A stretch of 64,000 nucleotides of DNA, taken from NCBI GenBank assembly GCA_013214205.1, contig JABSPQ010000435.1:9943-73942 (forward strand), in the 5' to 3' direction. The DNA comes from Flavobacteriales bacterium (GTDB taxonomy: Bacteria; Bacteroidota; Bacteroidia; DT-38). The translations under genes and the position numbers were made by a program. The notes beneath the pieces were generated by a model. The model searched no databases. It had not been told where the DNA came from and was given only the letters and a program-made list of their open reading frames with translations. Position 1 is the first letter of the stretch; each line of letters starts with the position of its first letter. Below, piece by piece: positions 19,538-29,533 of the stretch.

Positions 19538-20296
19538 TTAGTTCACCTTCAAATACAGGTTAATTGAACTTCCTCTACTAATTGTTGCCTCATCTTCTGG
19601 AGCAGGATCTTGTTTGTAAATAACAGCCCTTAAGGAATCCATACGATTTTCTACCGTTTTATCATACACTGCAATTAACGACAGCTGCAGTCTGTTTAAA
19701 ACCCTTCTTGCTTGTTCTACATGCTTATCCATTAAGTCTGGAACGGCTACCTGATCCTTGCTTATTCCGCCACCAACAACAATATTGATGTGCTCTCCTT
19801 TTTCTATAAGCGCACCCGTTTTTATATTTTTCCCTTTAAAACGCTGTGCCAAAACACAACCGATACATTCATTCGGAATCACAAAAACGCTATCCACAAT
19901 CAGCCCAAACGATTCTGCATCAGATTCCGCTTGCCGTCTAGATAAATCAATGAGATTAGGAAACTTAATTCTTTGAGGCTGTACAGAGTTAATGGTAACG
20001 TAAATATTTCTATTCAGTTTTACCTGCCCCAGTTGCTTTGGATCTTGCTTAACAACAACGCCTCTAGTAATTTTTTTATCTGCCGAATAAACCGAATCGA
20101 TAACTTTATAACGTAATCCTTTGCTCTCAATTATGGTGTCCACCTCACTCAGAGTAAATCCGCGTAAATCAGGAACTGTTATGGTATTGTCATGCATGGA
20201 GTAATCATCGAGGTATTCGAAAACGCCCCAAACAACTGCTCCCCAGAGACATGAAATAATTATTATGTGTAAAATATACTTTTTTATGTTTGCCAT
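19538..20296 (-). CDS. PASTA domain-containing membrane protein
   Basis: It has an N-terminal TM helix and then two PASTA-like modules (ITVPDLRGFTLSEV...; VAVPDLMDKHVEQAR...). Confidence 0.75.
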   Translation of the reverse strand: MANIKKYILHIIIISCLWGAVVWGVFEYLDDYSMHDNTITVPDLRGFTLSEVDTIIESKGLRYKVIDSVYSADKKITRGVVVKQDPKQLGQVKLNRNIYVTINSVQPQRIKFPNLIDLSRRQAESDAESFGLIVDSVFVIPNECIGCVLAQRFKGKNIKTGALIEKGEHINIVVGGGISKDQVAVPDLMDKHVEQARRVLNRLQLSLIAVYDKTVENRMDSLRAVIYKQDPAPEDEATISRGSSINLYLKVN

Positions 20297-20451
20297 TGAT
20301 AGAGTTGATACGGGATGATCATCTGCTTATGATGACCAAATATAAGTATTATCTCGCCATTTTTTTTAGACTTCTTGCACAAGGTTATTAACGTTGAGGA
20401 AAGATTATTATTAATTTAGGGCCTGTTAAAGATTTCTATCAAAGTAAAAAA

Positions 20452-21432
20452 ATGAAGAAGACAGTTGGTGTTATTGCGGGCGGATATTCGTCTGAAGATC
20501 ACATTTCACTTGAGAGTGCAGATACCGTTATAGCACAAATTACGGGCGACAATTACATTATTTATAAGTTAATTATTTCTAAGGATGCATGGCAATGCGA
20601 TGTAAATGGAAAAACTTATGACATAAATCGTGCTGATTTTACAGTGCAGGTGGGCACAGACACTATTAAGTTTGATTGCATTTTCAACGCCATCCACGGA
20701 GAACCTGGTGAAGGTGGCCAGATTCAAAAGTATTTTAAAGAAATAGGCATGCCGTTTACCGCCTCAGGACATATTGCGTCGGCACTTTCTTTTGATAAAG
20801 CGGCTGCCAAAGAAACCCTAATGAAGGTGGATGTTGTAATGCCGAGCGTTATAACAATTACAAAAACGGACATTAATAACCTCAACACAATTGCCAAGGA
20901 TGTAAAATACCCTTGCATTGTTAAACCGAATTCATCAGGGTCGAGCTATGGTGTTTCTAAAGTAAACTCTGCGGAAGGTTTCGAAGGAGCCGCTATTGAA
21001 GCGTTTAAATACAACGATTTGGTGCTGATAGAGCAATTTATTTCTGGCGTAGAGTTGAGCTGTGGGGTAATTGAATTCGGTGGAAAAGTGATGGCCTTAC
21101 CAGTTACAGAAATCGTTTTTGAAGGAGAAATTTTTGATGTGGAAGCAAAATATTCCGATAATGGAGCCGACGAAATTACACCTGCAAGAATCTCGGCAAA
21201 CGCAACCGAGAAATGTCAGCGCACTACAGAGAAAGTTTTTAAGGAATTAAACTTAAAAGACATGGCGAGGGTTGATTTTATATTAATGGACGAAGAAGTT
21301 TACTTTATTGAGGCCAATACCATTCCTGGTTTGTCGAAGAATAGCATACTCCCAAAGCAATTAAAAACTGCGGGTATACAAATGGGCGATCTGTTTACAA
21401 AAATGATAGAAAGGGCATCATGCCGTGGTTAA
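20452..21432 (+). CDS. ddl: D-alanine--D-alanine ligase
   Basis: The N-terminus is VGVIAGGYSSEDHISLES and the ATP-grasp C-terminus is ...EANTIPGLS... Confidence 0.92.
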   Translation: MKKTVGVIAGGYSSEDHISLESADTVIAQITGDNYIIYKLIISKDAWQCDVNGKTYDINRADFTVQVGTDTIKFDCIFNAIHGEPGEGGQIQKYFKEIGMPFTASGHIASALSFDKAAAKETLMKVDVVMPSVITITKTDINNLNTIAKDVKYPCIVKPNSSGSSYGVSKVNSAEGFEGAAIEAFKYNDLVLIEQFISGVELSCGVIEFGGKVMALPVTEIVFEGEIFDVEAKYSDNGADEITPARISANATEKCQRTTEKVFKELNLKDMARVDFILMDEEVYFIEANTIPGLSKNSILPKQLKTAGIQMGDLFTKMIERASCRG

Positions 21433-21996
21433 AAACTCACAAAGTTTTTTTACGGCTTTGTATCGGTGGCTAATTGAGTTTTTTTCTTCGGCCGACATTT
21501 GAGCGAATGTAATTTCATAACCATCCGGTTGAAAAACAGGATCGTAGCCAAAGCCGCTCTCCCCTCTCTTTTCTTTTGTAATAATGCCATTTACAGTTCC
21601 TTCAAACAAATGTTCCTTGCCGTTCAAAACCAAAGAGATCACCGTTTTAAACCTTGCGTTTCGGTTTTCCTCATCCTTCATTTTCGTTAGCATTTTGGCC
21701 ATATTTTTCTCACCCGACGGATTTTCTTTATCGGCATAGCGAGCAGAATGAACTCCAGGTGCACCACCTAACGCTTCTACTTCCAACCCACTATCGTCGG
21801 AAAAAACATTGATGTTAAACTTTTCTGCGATGGTTTTACTTTTAATCGAAGCATTTTCTTCAATCGTGCTGCCAGTTTCTTCAATATCGTCTTCGAAACC
21901 GATATCAGCAAACGTCAGCAATTCGAACTGATCGCTTAATAAACCTATAATTTCTTTTAGCTTGTTTTGATTGTTTGTGGCGAACAGTAACTTCAT
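21418..21996 (-). CDS. rdgB: Non-canonical purine NTP pyrophosphatase (RdgB/HAM1 family)
   Basis: It contains KLLFATNNQNKLKEI and FGYDPVF. Its 3' end overlaps the ddl 3' end convergently by 15 nt. Confidence 0.9.
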   Translation of the reverse strand: MKLLFATNNQNKLKEIIGLLSDQFELLTFADIGFEDDIEETGSTIEENASIKSKTIAEKFNINVFSDDSGLEVEALGGAPGVHSARYADKENPSGEKNMAKMLTKMKDEENRNARFKTVISLVLNGKEHLFEGTVNGIITKEKRGESGFGYDPVFQPDGYEITFAQMSAEEKNSISHRYKAVKKLCEFLTTA

Positions 21997-24900
21997 TAGT
22001 TTTTTACCAAAATGCGTACAATCTCCTCGTTCTTATAGCGAGAGATGATGTAATAAATACCAGAAGCCAACCCCGATGTATCATAAACGTATTCGTTTGC
22101 TCCTATTACTGTAACCACATCTAAAACCCGATCTGCAAACCTTCCATCCAAACTATAAAGCTCCACACTTAAGTCTGTAGCGTCGGGCATTATGTATTCC
22201 AAAATAAGTTCGTCCTCTACAGGATTCGGATAAATTTCCAACATTTCTAACTGCTCAACCATATTAATGCACAATACATTATCTGTTGGGTTATCGTCGC
22301 TTTTCCCATTTGGTTCCTGAATTGTAATGCAAACAAATTGCGCATTTGCATTTTCGGGTTGGGTAATTTTAGTCGACAATTCTACTAAAACAGTTCCATA
22401 TTTGGGAATGGTATCAAAGCGTGGTTCTATAATACTGGTTGCGTTTCCGATGTTTACCAAGGCATCGAAGTTTACAGTTTCCACTGTACCATAATTGTAA
22501 ACCTCCAACGTAAAAGTTAAAAACCCATCCACAACCGTATAGCTAATGTCGTTAATGGCGAGGTCTATTATTTGATTCTCAATTAAAAAACTTTGATCGG
22601 TAGAATCAATGCAACCATACTCCGATGTCGCAGCTAAATGCACTTCAACCACTCCCATAACTTCATAGATGTGATTAGGGTCAACTTCTGCAGAAGTACT
22701 ATCATCGCCAAACCTCCATACAAAACTTGTTCCTCCCGAAGTGTAATTCGTAAAATCAATTGGTAAAGGTGGCTCACCAAGTTTGGGAGAAAAATCAAAA
22801 TCTACATCGGGCGGTCCGTGAATTTGAATTGATTGCGTAATGGTATCGGCACAAAACAACGAATTAGTGGTAATTAGGCTTATACTAAAACTTCCGGTGT
22901 CATTCAATGTATAATTGATAAAAGCAGTATCAAAAGTAGCGGTATCAATCAGCCATTTATACGAAGTAATTTCGTCGCCATTAATGGTTGAATTGTCACT
23001 TAGTTCAAACTCAATCCCCACACAAGCATCTATGGTGCTAAAATTCGAACTTGAGTATGGAATTACCTTGGTGTTTCCTGATGTGGTATCGCTACAAGTA
23101 TTGGCGTCGGTTACAATCAATTGAATTCCAAACGTACCCGTAGATTCATATATATGAGCAGGTTTCTTTTCTGTAGAAGTAGAATCATCCCCTAAATCCC
23201 AGATCCAGTCTATCACAGTTCCGTCGCCATTTACCGAATTAGAAATAGGATTAGAAGCACTTCCCAAACACACATCTTCAACCGAAAAACTTGCGCTTGG
23301 ACTCCCACGCGACTCTAGCACCTTTGTGATAGAATCTCTACAGCCGTCTTTTGTAGTTAAAATCAACTTTACACCATATAACCCTGGATTATTAAAAAGA
23401 TGTTCAGGATCGGTATCGGTAGATGTATTGAGACTGCCACTGGCTACATGGCCAAAATTCCAAGTCCATTCCGCAATTAAATCTACATCGTTTGTATCGG
23501 TGTCAAAAAATTCAATTTCTCTATTATCGCATGCTTTCAAAGGACCAAAATCGACGTTGGGTAGTTGATACACTAAAATATTCTGAATCCCATCGTTTCC
23601 ACAGCCAGAATCCGTTGTAAGCGTTAAGCTCACACTATATGCAATGGCCGAATCGTACAAATGAGTAACCGTAGCACCGGTATCAATTATGCCATCTCCA
23701 AAATCCCAAATAGATAGCACCACCAGTTCTGGCGCAACAGGAACCGATGTGCTTGTAAACACAGTTGCATCGCCATGGCACGCAGTAGTAGCATCAAAAC
23801 TAACAGAAGGTGCATTTCCTTTAATGGCAACAAAAATTGTATCTACACCTTCGCAGCCTTCGCCATTGGTAACCGTTACAGAATAATCTGCCGAAGCAGT
23901 AATTAATAGCGAAGTATCAGTTGTTCCATTATCCCATAAAAACGATTTATAATCCTCGCCTATATTTAATGGTCTAATGATATTTCCGTAACACAAATTA
24001 GTATCGTTTCCGATGGTTAAATTAGCCGAAAAAGAATCCGTTCTAATCACCATGGTATCACTATTAATAAAACAACCCGACTTGTCGGTTACTGTAAAAT
24101 AATACTTCCCTGTGTCGCTCGCAACAATAAGAGAATCGGTACTTCCATCGCTCCAGATATAGCTAAAAGAAGTATCTGTAAACTCAGGATCCCATGTCAT
24201 ATTGGTTCCACCGCAAATAGTAGAATCGGCAATATAATTATACGACGCAGGAAAAATAACAATTGTATCGCTAGAAATTCTGCCGTAAATATCTGTTCCT
24301 TGGCACCAATAAGTTCCTGCCCCTGGTGCAACCAAGCTATCACCTGTTGAGCCATCGCTCCATAAAAGAGACTCAAAATAAGTTCGAGGAGAAATTTCTG
24401 GAGCACACAAGCCCCTTTCTATCACCAAGTTTTTCCCGAGGTTTAAAGGGGGAGCATATTTATCGAAAAAATAACCATCCGTCGCCTCTTTATCGTTGAC
24501 AGTAAGGTTGTTATTAAAAATTAACACCTCTGCTATATCACCCAGAAACATGTGGTACAACCCATAATCTTTGAACCTATTTCCTAGAATAGAAAATCTG
24601 AATCCAACTGCTTCCGTTGCCGCCACAGCGATAGTAGCGCCATTATAGTGGATTTTTGTATTGGAATAGCTAACAAAGCCCCATTGCTGGTATGGTTCCT
24701 GACTACTTATTAAGTAGTTTTTCATCGAATCTAATGTACCAATATCATAGCAGCCAGCTCCTCCACATGCATTGCCTCCCACATACAAACCACTCCCCCA
24801 ACTTGTAGGGTCTTCACCTTTCCCACCTTCCATTATAAAATGTACAGCTCTAAAAACTGTATCCAAATTATACATAAAGTAAGCCGTATATGATCCAACT

Positions 24901-25496
24901 TCTATTGGATCGAACTCCATGTGCTGCATGTTAAAAGAAGGATCTAAATCGAAAGTAAGTACAGGTAAATTGTTTAGCTTTTCGGTAGAGTCTACTAAGT
25001 GTGGCCTATTAACCAATACAGGCTGCTGGGCATCATTTCCCTTGCCCCCTTTATCATTCCAAGTCGTAATATAGTCGGCTGTATCTACCACCATCCCACT
25101 TTCGGGACTATACCACAGCTCTACATCGCCGTAATCATTTATATCAACTATTTTAAAAGTACTCGAATCTGTCCATGCCGTAAACCCAGTACCTGTATCG
25201 GCTTGCACCTTCCAGTAATAATCGAACCCCAGTAGCAAATCGACTTCAAGATCAGTTTCCGTAAGGCCTATTGTATCCACCAATATCGAAGTAAACGTAA
25301 TGTTGCTAGAAACAATTAAGCTATAAGAAACCGCATTGGGATATGTATTCCATTCGAGGTTAACCAAAGTATCACCAAATACCTGTCCTTCTTTGGGGCT
25401 AACGGGAGATAAATCTCCATTATTGGCATAGGAACCACTGATTCCCAGAAGGAAAAAAACGAGTGCGAGAAATATGTTGGTTAAAAGCTTATTCAT
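21996..25496 (-). CDS. Large secreted multi-PKD-domain protein with a T9SS C-terminal sorting domain
   Basis: It has a signal peptide. The PKD-type repeats are WDFGDG, WIWDLGDDSTS and WRFGDDSTS. The C-terminus IYPNPVEDELILEY...GIYYIISRYKNEEIVRILVKN is a T9SS CTD. Its stop overlaps the rdgB start (TAATG). Confidence 0.8.
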   Translation of the reverse strand: MNKLLTNIFLALVFFLLGISGSYANNGDLSPVSPKEGQVFGDTLVNLEWNTYPNAVSYSLIVSSNITFTSILVDTIGLTETDLEVDLLLGFDYYWKVQADTGTGFTAWTDSSTFKIVDINDYGDVELWYSPESGMVVDTADYITTWNDKGGKGNDAQQPVLVNRPHLVDSTEKLNNLPVLTFDLDPSFNMQHMEFDPIEVGSYTAYFMYNLDTVFRAVHFIMEGGKGEDPTSWGSGLYVGGNACGGAGCYDIGTLDSMKNYLISSQEPYQQWGFVSYSNTKIHYNGATIAVAATEAVGFRFSILGNRFKDYGLYHMFLGDIAEVLIFNNNLTVNDKEATDGYFFDKYAPPLNLGKNLVIERGLCAPEISPRTYFESLLWSDGSTGDSLVAPGAGTYWCQGTDIYGRISSDTIVIFPASYNYIADSTICGGTNMTWDPEFTDTSFSYIWSDGSTDSLIVASDTGKYYFTVTDKSGCFINSDTMVIRTDSFSANLTIGNDTNLCYGNIIRPLNIGEDYKSFLWDNGTTDTSLLITASADYSVTVTNGEGCEGVDTIFVAIKGNAPSVSFDATTACHGDATVFTSTSVPVAPELVVLSIWDFGDGIIDTGATVTHLYDSAIAYSVSLTLTTDSGCGNDGIQNILVYQLPNVDFGPLKACDNREIEFFDTDTNDVDLIAEWTWNFGHVASGSLNTSTDTDPEHLFNNPGLYGVKLILTTKDGCRDSITKVLESRGSPSASFSVEDVCLGSASNPISNSVNGDGTVIDWIWDLGDDSTSTEKKPAHIYESTGTFGIQLIVTDANTCSDTTSGNTKVIPYSSSNFSTIDACVGIEFELSDNSTINGDEITSYKWLIDTATFDTAFINYTLNDTGSFSISLITTNSLFCADTITQSIQIHGPPDVDFDFSPKLGEPPLPIDFTNYTSGGTSFVWRFGDDSTSAEVDPNHIYEVMGVVEVHLAATSEYGCIDSTDQSFLIENQIIDLAINDISYTVVDGFLTFTLEVYNYGTVETVNFDALVNIGNATSIIEPRFDTIPKYGTVLVELSTKITQPENANAQFVCITIQEPNGKSDDNPTDNVLCINMVEQLEMLEIYPNPVEDELILEYIMPDATDLSVELYSLDGRFADRVLDVVTVIGANEYVYDTSGLASGIYYIISRYKNEEIVRILVKN

Positions 25497-25536
25497 TATT
25501 TAAGTCCGTGTACGGATACTTGTGTATAAAGATAAC

Positions 25537-25557
25537 CATCATTTAAAATAAATGATG
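25537..25557. promoter_or_regulatory. A perfect 9-bp inverted repeat CATCATTTA-aaa-TAAATGATG in the divergent intergenic region
   Basis: It is read from the sequence ~40 bp upstream of the start of the minus-strand PKD/T9SS gene and ~200 bp upstream of neuB. It is a candidate dimeric regulator operator. Confidence 0.35.
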
Positions 25558-25763
25558 ATTCTGGCTTGATTATGATTATTTCCATTCGAACTATTATCCA
25601 CAAAGTAAAGTGTTTAATTGGCAGTTCTACGTAAATTTTGATAACTGTATACAGCTTTTCGACTAAGCGCCTTTGATTATCGACAAGCGTAATAATTGGT
25701 CAATTTTATACTCCAATTCATATCGGTTTCTTAGTATCTTGTGAGCTTTGAAATTGGAACAAT

Positions 25764-26783
25764 TTGAATGATTCAGTAACCATAATTGCCGAAGCTGGCG
25801 TAAATCACAATGGCGATTTAAACTTGGCAAAACAGATGGTTGCCATAGCCGCTGATGCTGGTGCCGATTACATTAAGTTTCAAACCTTTCAGGCCGATTT
25901 ATTGGCTACTCCTTCGGCGCCAAAAGCCAATTACCAACTATCTAACTCTGATGCTGAAGAATCTCAACACGCAATGTTGAAACGATTGGAGTTGAGTAAA
26001 ACAGATCACGAAGTATTATTTAAGGAATGTGAAGCGCGAGGAATTAAATTTCTGTCTTCACCATTCGATCTTCCTAGTGTTGATTTATTAGTAGAGCTAG
26101 GCGTAGAAGCCATAAAAATCCCCTCTGGCGAAATTACCAACCTCCCCTATTTAAAAAAGGTTGGTGCACTTGGCATTCAATTAATATTATCGTCGGGCAT
26201 GTCGAACATAAACGAGATTACTACGGCATTTAAAATCTTAACCTATTCTGGCACCGCTGCAAATAACATTACCATATTACAATGCACCTCACAATATCCG
26301 GCCTATCACGAAAACGCTAATTTGTCGGCCATGCAGCAAATTAAAAGCAAAGTTCATCACTTAGTCGGTTTTTCCGACCACACCATTGGCGACGAAACGG
26401 CAATTGCAGCGGTGGCTTTAGGCGCTATAATAATTGAGAAACATTTTACTACCAATAAAAATCTACCTGGCCCCGATCATAGTTTTTCTGTTGACCCGAC
26501 TGAGTTAAAAGAATTGGTGAGAAAAATCAGAAATGTAGAAAAGGCATTGGCCAAAGAAATAAAGTCGGCCAAAGCAGCTGAACTTGAAGTAAAAACTATT
26601 GCCCGAAAAAGCATTCATCTCAATGAGGATTTGCCGAAAGGAACAATTTTAACAGAAGCGCATTTAATTATGCAACGACCGGGTAATGGCATCTCGCCAA
26701 TGGACATGGATGCTGTAGTTGGAAAAAAAACCACTTCGAATCTAAAACGATTCCATCAAATTTCCTTTTCTGATTTAGCATGA
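25764..26783 (+). CDS. neuB: N-acylneuraminate-9-phosphate / nonulosonic acid synthase (NeuB/PseI/LegI family)
   Basis: It contains IIAEAGVNHNGDLNLAKQMVAIAADAGADYIKFQTF and a C-terminal SAF domain (MQRPGNGISP). Confidence 0.85.
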   Translation: MNDSVTIIAEAGVNHNGDLNLAKQMVAIAADAGADYIKFQTFQADLLATPSAPKANYQLSNSDAEESQHAMLKRLELSKTDHEVLFKECEARGIKFLSSPFDLPSVDLLVELGVEAIKIPSGEITNLPYLKKVGALGIQLILSSGMSNINEITTAFKILTYSGTAANNITILQCTSQYPAYHENANLSAMQQIKSKVHHLVGFSDHTIGDETAIAAVALGAIIIEKHFTTNKNLPGPDHSFSVDPTELKELVRKIRNVEKALAKEIKSAKAAELEVKTIARKSIHLNEDLPKGTILTEAHLIMQRPGNGISPMDMDAVVGKKTTSNLKRFHQISFSDLA

Positions 26784-27901
26784 AGGTTGCCTTACTAACA
26801 TCTTCCCGAGCAGATTATGGCATTTATTTACCACTGATTAAAAAATTAGAATCGGATGATTTTTTCGATCTTGATTTAATTGTTTTCGGAACCCATTTAT
26901 CTAAATCGCACGGGTATAGCTTAAATCAAATAATTGCGGATGGCTTTACTCCTAAAGAAAAAATTGAAACAGCACCAGAATTAGATAATCCCGAAAATAT
27001 TGGTTTTTCAATGAGTCAAACGCTTTCAATGTTTTCTAAGCTTTGGGCTAATTCATCTCAAAAACCCGACATCGTTATTGTACTTGGCGACAGGTACGAG
27101 ATGTTTGCAGCCGTTGGTGGCACTGTTCCTACGGGTATTCCAATTATTCATTTACACGGAGGAGAAACAACTCCCAACGCCATCGATAATAAATACAGAG
27201 ATGCCATTACCGCCTTATCCGATTATCATTTTGCATCTACAGCAGAGCACGCAAACCGTGTTAAAACATTGGTGAATAACAAAAATCAGGTTTTTAATGT
27301 GGGTGCGCTAAGTTTGGATAACCTGGAGGATTTGAATTTATATTCAATCGAGGAATTCAAAATCAAATATCATATCGACATGAGTTTGCCTACCGCCCTC
27401 TTTACGTTTCACCCAGAAACAGCTTCGCGAGAACAAAATCATAAACACATTGCAGAGATTAAAAAAGTGATCACCAAATTAAATCAGCAAGTGGTGATAA
27501 CTATGCCAAATGCAGATGTTAACAATTTAACAATCAGAAACGAACTAAATAATTGGATATCCGAATTTGATCACATAAAAGGAGTTGATAATTTCGGAAC
27601 ACTGGGCTACTTCTCTTGCATGGCTCATTGCCAGTACGTTATTGGAAATTCTTCAAGCGGAATTATTGAGACGCCTTCGTTCAAAAAGTACTTTATTAAT
27701 TTGGGTAACCGACAAAAAGGGAGACAATGTGACCGAAATGTTATTAATTGCCGTATAAGTGAAGAAGAAATTTCGAATGCTGTCGTTAGTTTAAGAGAAA
27801 AACCTAAATTAACGGGCACAAATATTTATTGGAAAGGAAATGTTTCTGATAAAATTATATATGAATTAAAAAAAAATACAAAATGGCTAAAGATGTTATA
27901 G
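26780..27901 (+). CDS. neuC: UDP-N-acetylglucosamine 2-epimerase (hydrolysing), NeuC/LegG family
   Basis: The N-terminus is KVALLTSSRADYGIYLPLIKKL. It overlaps neuB by 4 nt. Confidence 0.82.
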   Translation: MKVALLTSSRADYGIYLPLIKKLESDDFFDLDLIVFGTHLSKSHGYSLNQIIADGFTPKEKIETAPELDNPENIGFSMSQTLSMFSKLWANSSQKPDIVIVLGDRYEMFAAVGGTVPTGIPIIHLHGGETTPNAIDNKYRDAITALSDYHFASTAEHANRVKTLVNNKNQVFNVGALSLDNLEDLNLYSIEEFKIKYHIDMSLPTALFTFHPETASREQNHKHIAEIKKVITKLNQQVVITMPNADVNNLTIRNELNNWISEFDHIKGVDNFGTLGYFSCMAHCQYVIGNSSSGIIETPSFKKYFINLGNRQKGRQCDRNVINCRISEEEISNAVVSLREKPKLTGTNIYWKGNVSDKIIYELKKNTKWLKML

Positions 27902-28509
27902 TTATTGGATATTCAGGTCATGCATACGTTGTAATTGATGCGCTTCAATCTCAAGGAAGAAACGTAATTGGTTATGCGGATTTGGTGGAAAAAGAAGACA
28001 ATCCTTTCAATTTACCTTTTTTAGGGAACGAGGACGACGAAAGCGTGCAAAGTAAATTAAACGATCACGACTTCTTTATATCTATGAGTAACAACAAGAT
28101 TAGACGTCACCTTTATAGAAAACTCGAAAAAACTGCTGAGCCATTGTGCAACGCAATTCACGCGAGTGCAATTATTTCCGATTCAACCGAATTGGCAACT
28201 GGAATTATGATTTCTTCTAACGTTGTAATTAATGCAATGAGTAAAATTGCCTTAGGTGCAATTTGTAATACTTCTTGTACCATAGAGCACAATTGCGAAA
28301 TAGGCGAATTTTCTCACATTGGCCCTAGTGCTACGCTTTGTGGCAATGTAAGAATTGGTAACGAAACTTTTATTGGAGCAGCCGCTGTAATTAAGGAAGG
28401 TGTTAGCATTGGTAACAATGTTACCATTGGTGCTGGTTCCGTTGTACTAAAAAACATACCTGATAACGTTACTGTAGTTGGTAATCCAGCGCACGTTATC
28501 GTCAAATAA
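27883..28509 (+). CDS. Hexapeptide-repeat sugar N/O-acetyltransferase of the NeuD/PglD family
   Basis: The NeuD-type N-terminus is VIVIGYSGHAYVVIDAL. Left-handed beta-helix hexapeptide repeats (IGNETFIGAAAVI..VSIGNNVTIGAGSVV) are present. Confidence 0.78.
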   Translation: MAKDVIVIGYSGHAYVVIDALQSQGRNVIGYADLVEKEDNPFNLPFLGNEDDESVQSKLNDHDFFISMSNNKIRRHLYRKLEKTAEPLCNAIHASAIISDSTELATGIMISSNVVINAMSKIALGAICNTSCTIEHNCEIGEFSHIGPSATLCGNVRIGNETFIGAAAVIKEGVSIGNNVTIGAGSVVLKNIPDNVTVVGNPAHVIVK

Positions 28510-28533
28510 AATCAACCTACTTCAACTTTTCTG

Positions 28534-29487
28534 GTGGATAAAATACATGTTATTATAATTGGCGCGGGCAATATTGGTGCCCGTCATTTGCAAGCACTTG
28601 CATTGTCTAACTACCCGCTCAATATTGAGGTAGTAGAGCCTCATGAAAAAGCAATGCTTAGAGCAATTATGCTTTATCACGATGTACTAAATGGTCATCA
28701 AGCCAAGCACGTGGTTAAAATGTCGCATCAGATCTCTTCTAATAAAGAGGAAGTCGATTTGGCAATAATTGCTACCCGATCAGACATTAGAGCTACTGTA
28801 ATCGAAGATTTATTGAGTAAGAACCAAGTCAAAAATATGATTTTGGAAAAAGTTGTCTTCAGTAAAAAAGAAGAATTTACTCGGATCGGAAAATTGTTTG
28901 AAAGTAAAAAGGTGAACGCTTGGGTTAATTGTTCTCGAAGAATTTACCCTGCTTACATCGATTTAAAAGAGAGGATAAGTAAATCGAAAAGCGCCGAACT
29001 TACGGTGGAAGGAATGAATTGGAACATGGCGGCCAACACAATCCATTTTATGGATCTCTTTGCTTTCCTGTTTGATCTCGACGTGGTAAAGCTAGAAGAA
29101 AGCAACCTGATTGACCAAGATATTGAAGACAACTTCATCGTGTTTTTCGGAACGCTTGAAGGAAAAGGCGGCGAGCACCTGTTTGAGTTTAGCTGTATAG
29201 ACGGCGAAGAAACAAACCATACGATAGACATTGTGTGCGAAGACGTTATTTACGGTATAGACGAAGAGAAGAAAACGATGTCCATTTCGAAAGAGGCCGA
29301 CGGCTGGGCATCCGACGATTTCGATTTTGACGTTCCGTTTCAAAGTCAACTTACCAATTTAATTTTAACTGACTTAATCGAAAACAATACATGTGGACTC
29401 ACCACTTTTAAAGAATCCACCAAATTACACTTAGCCTACTTCGATGGCTTAGGTTTTTCTGTAGAAGACAAGAATTATTACTTTTAG
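28534..29487 (+). CDS. Gfo/Idh/MocA-like NAD(P)-binding oxidoreductase
   Basis: The Rossmann N-terminus is IHVIIIGAGNIGARHLQAL. It is not a cytidylyltransferase. Confidence 0.55.
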   Translation: MDKIHVIIIGAGNIGARHLQALALSNYPLNIEVVEPHEKAMLRAIMLYHDVLNGHQAKHVVKMSHQISSNKEEVDLAIIATRSDIRATVIEDLLSKNQVKNMILEKVVFSKKEEFTRIGKLFESKKVNAWVNCSRRIYPAYIDLKERISKSKSAELTVEGMNWNMAANTIHFMDLFAFLFDLDVVKLEESNLIDQDIEDNFIVFFGTLEGKGGEHLFEFSCIDGEETNHTIDIVCEDVIYGIDEEKKTMSISKEADGWASDDFDFDVPFQSQLTNLILTDLIENNTCGLTTFKESTKLHLAYFDGLGFSVEDKNYYF

Positions 29488-29533
29488 TAATACGCAACCG
29501 GCACATTTCACATAAACTGGTTCGGAATTCGTT

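Noticed and set aside
28534-29487. Considered as the missing CMP-nonulosonate synthetase (NeuA)
   Set aside because: The N-terminus is a dinucleotide-binding Rossmann motif (IIIGAGNIGARH) typical of Gfo/Idh/MocA oxidoreductases, not the cytidylyltransferase P-loop.
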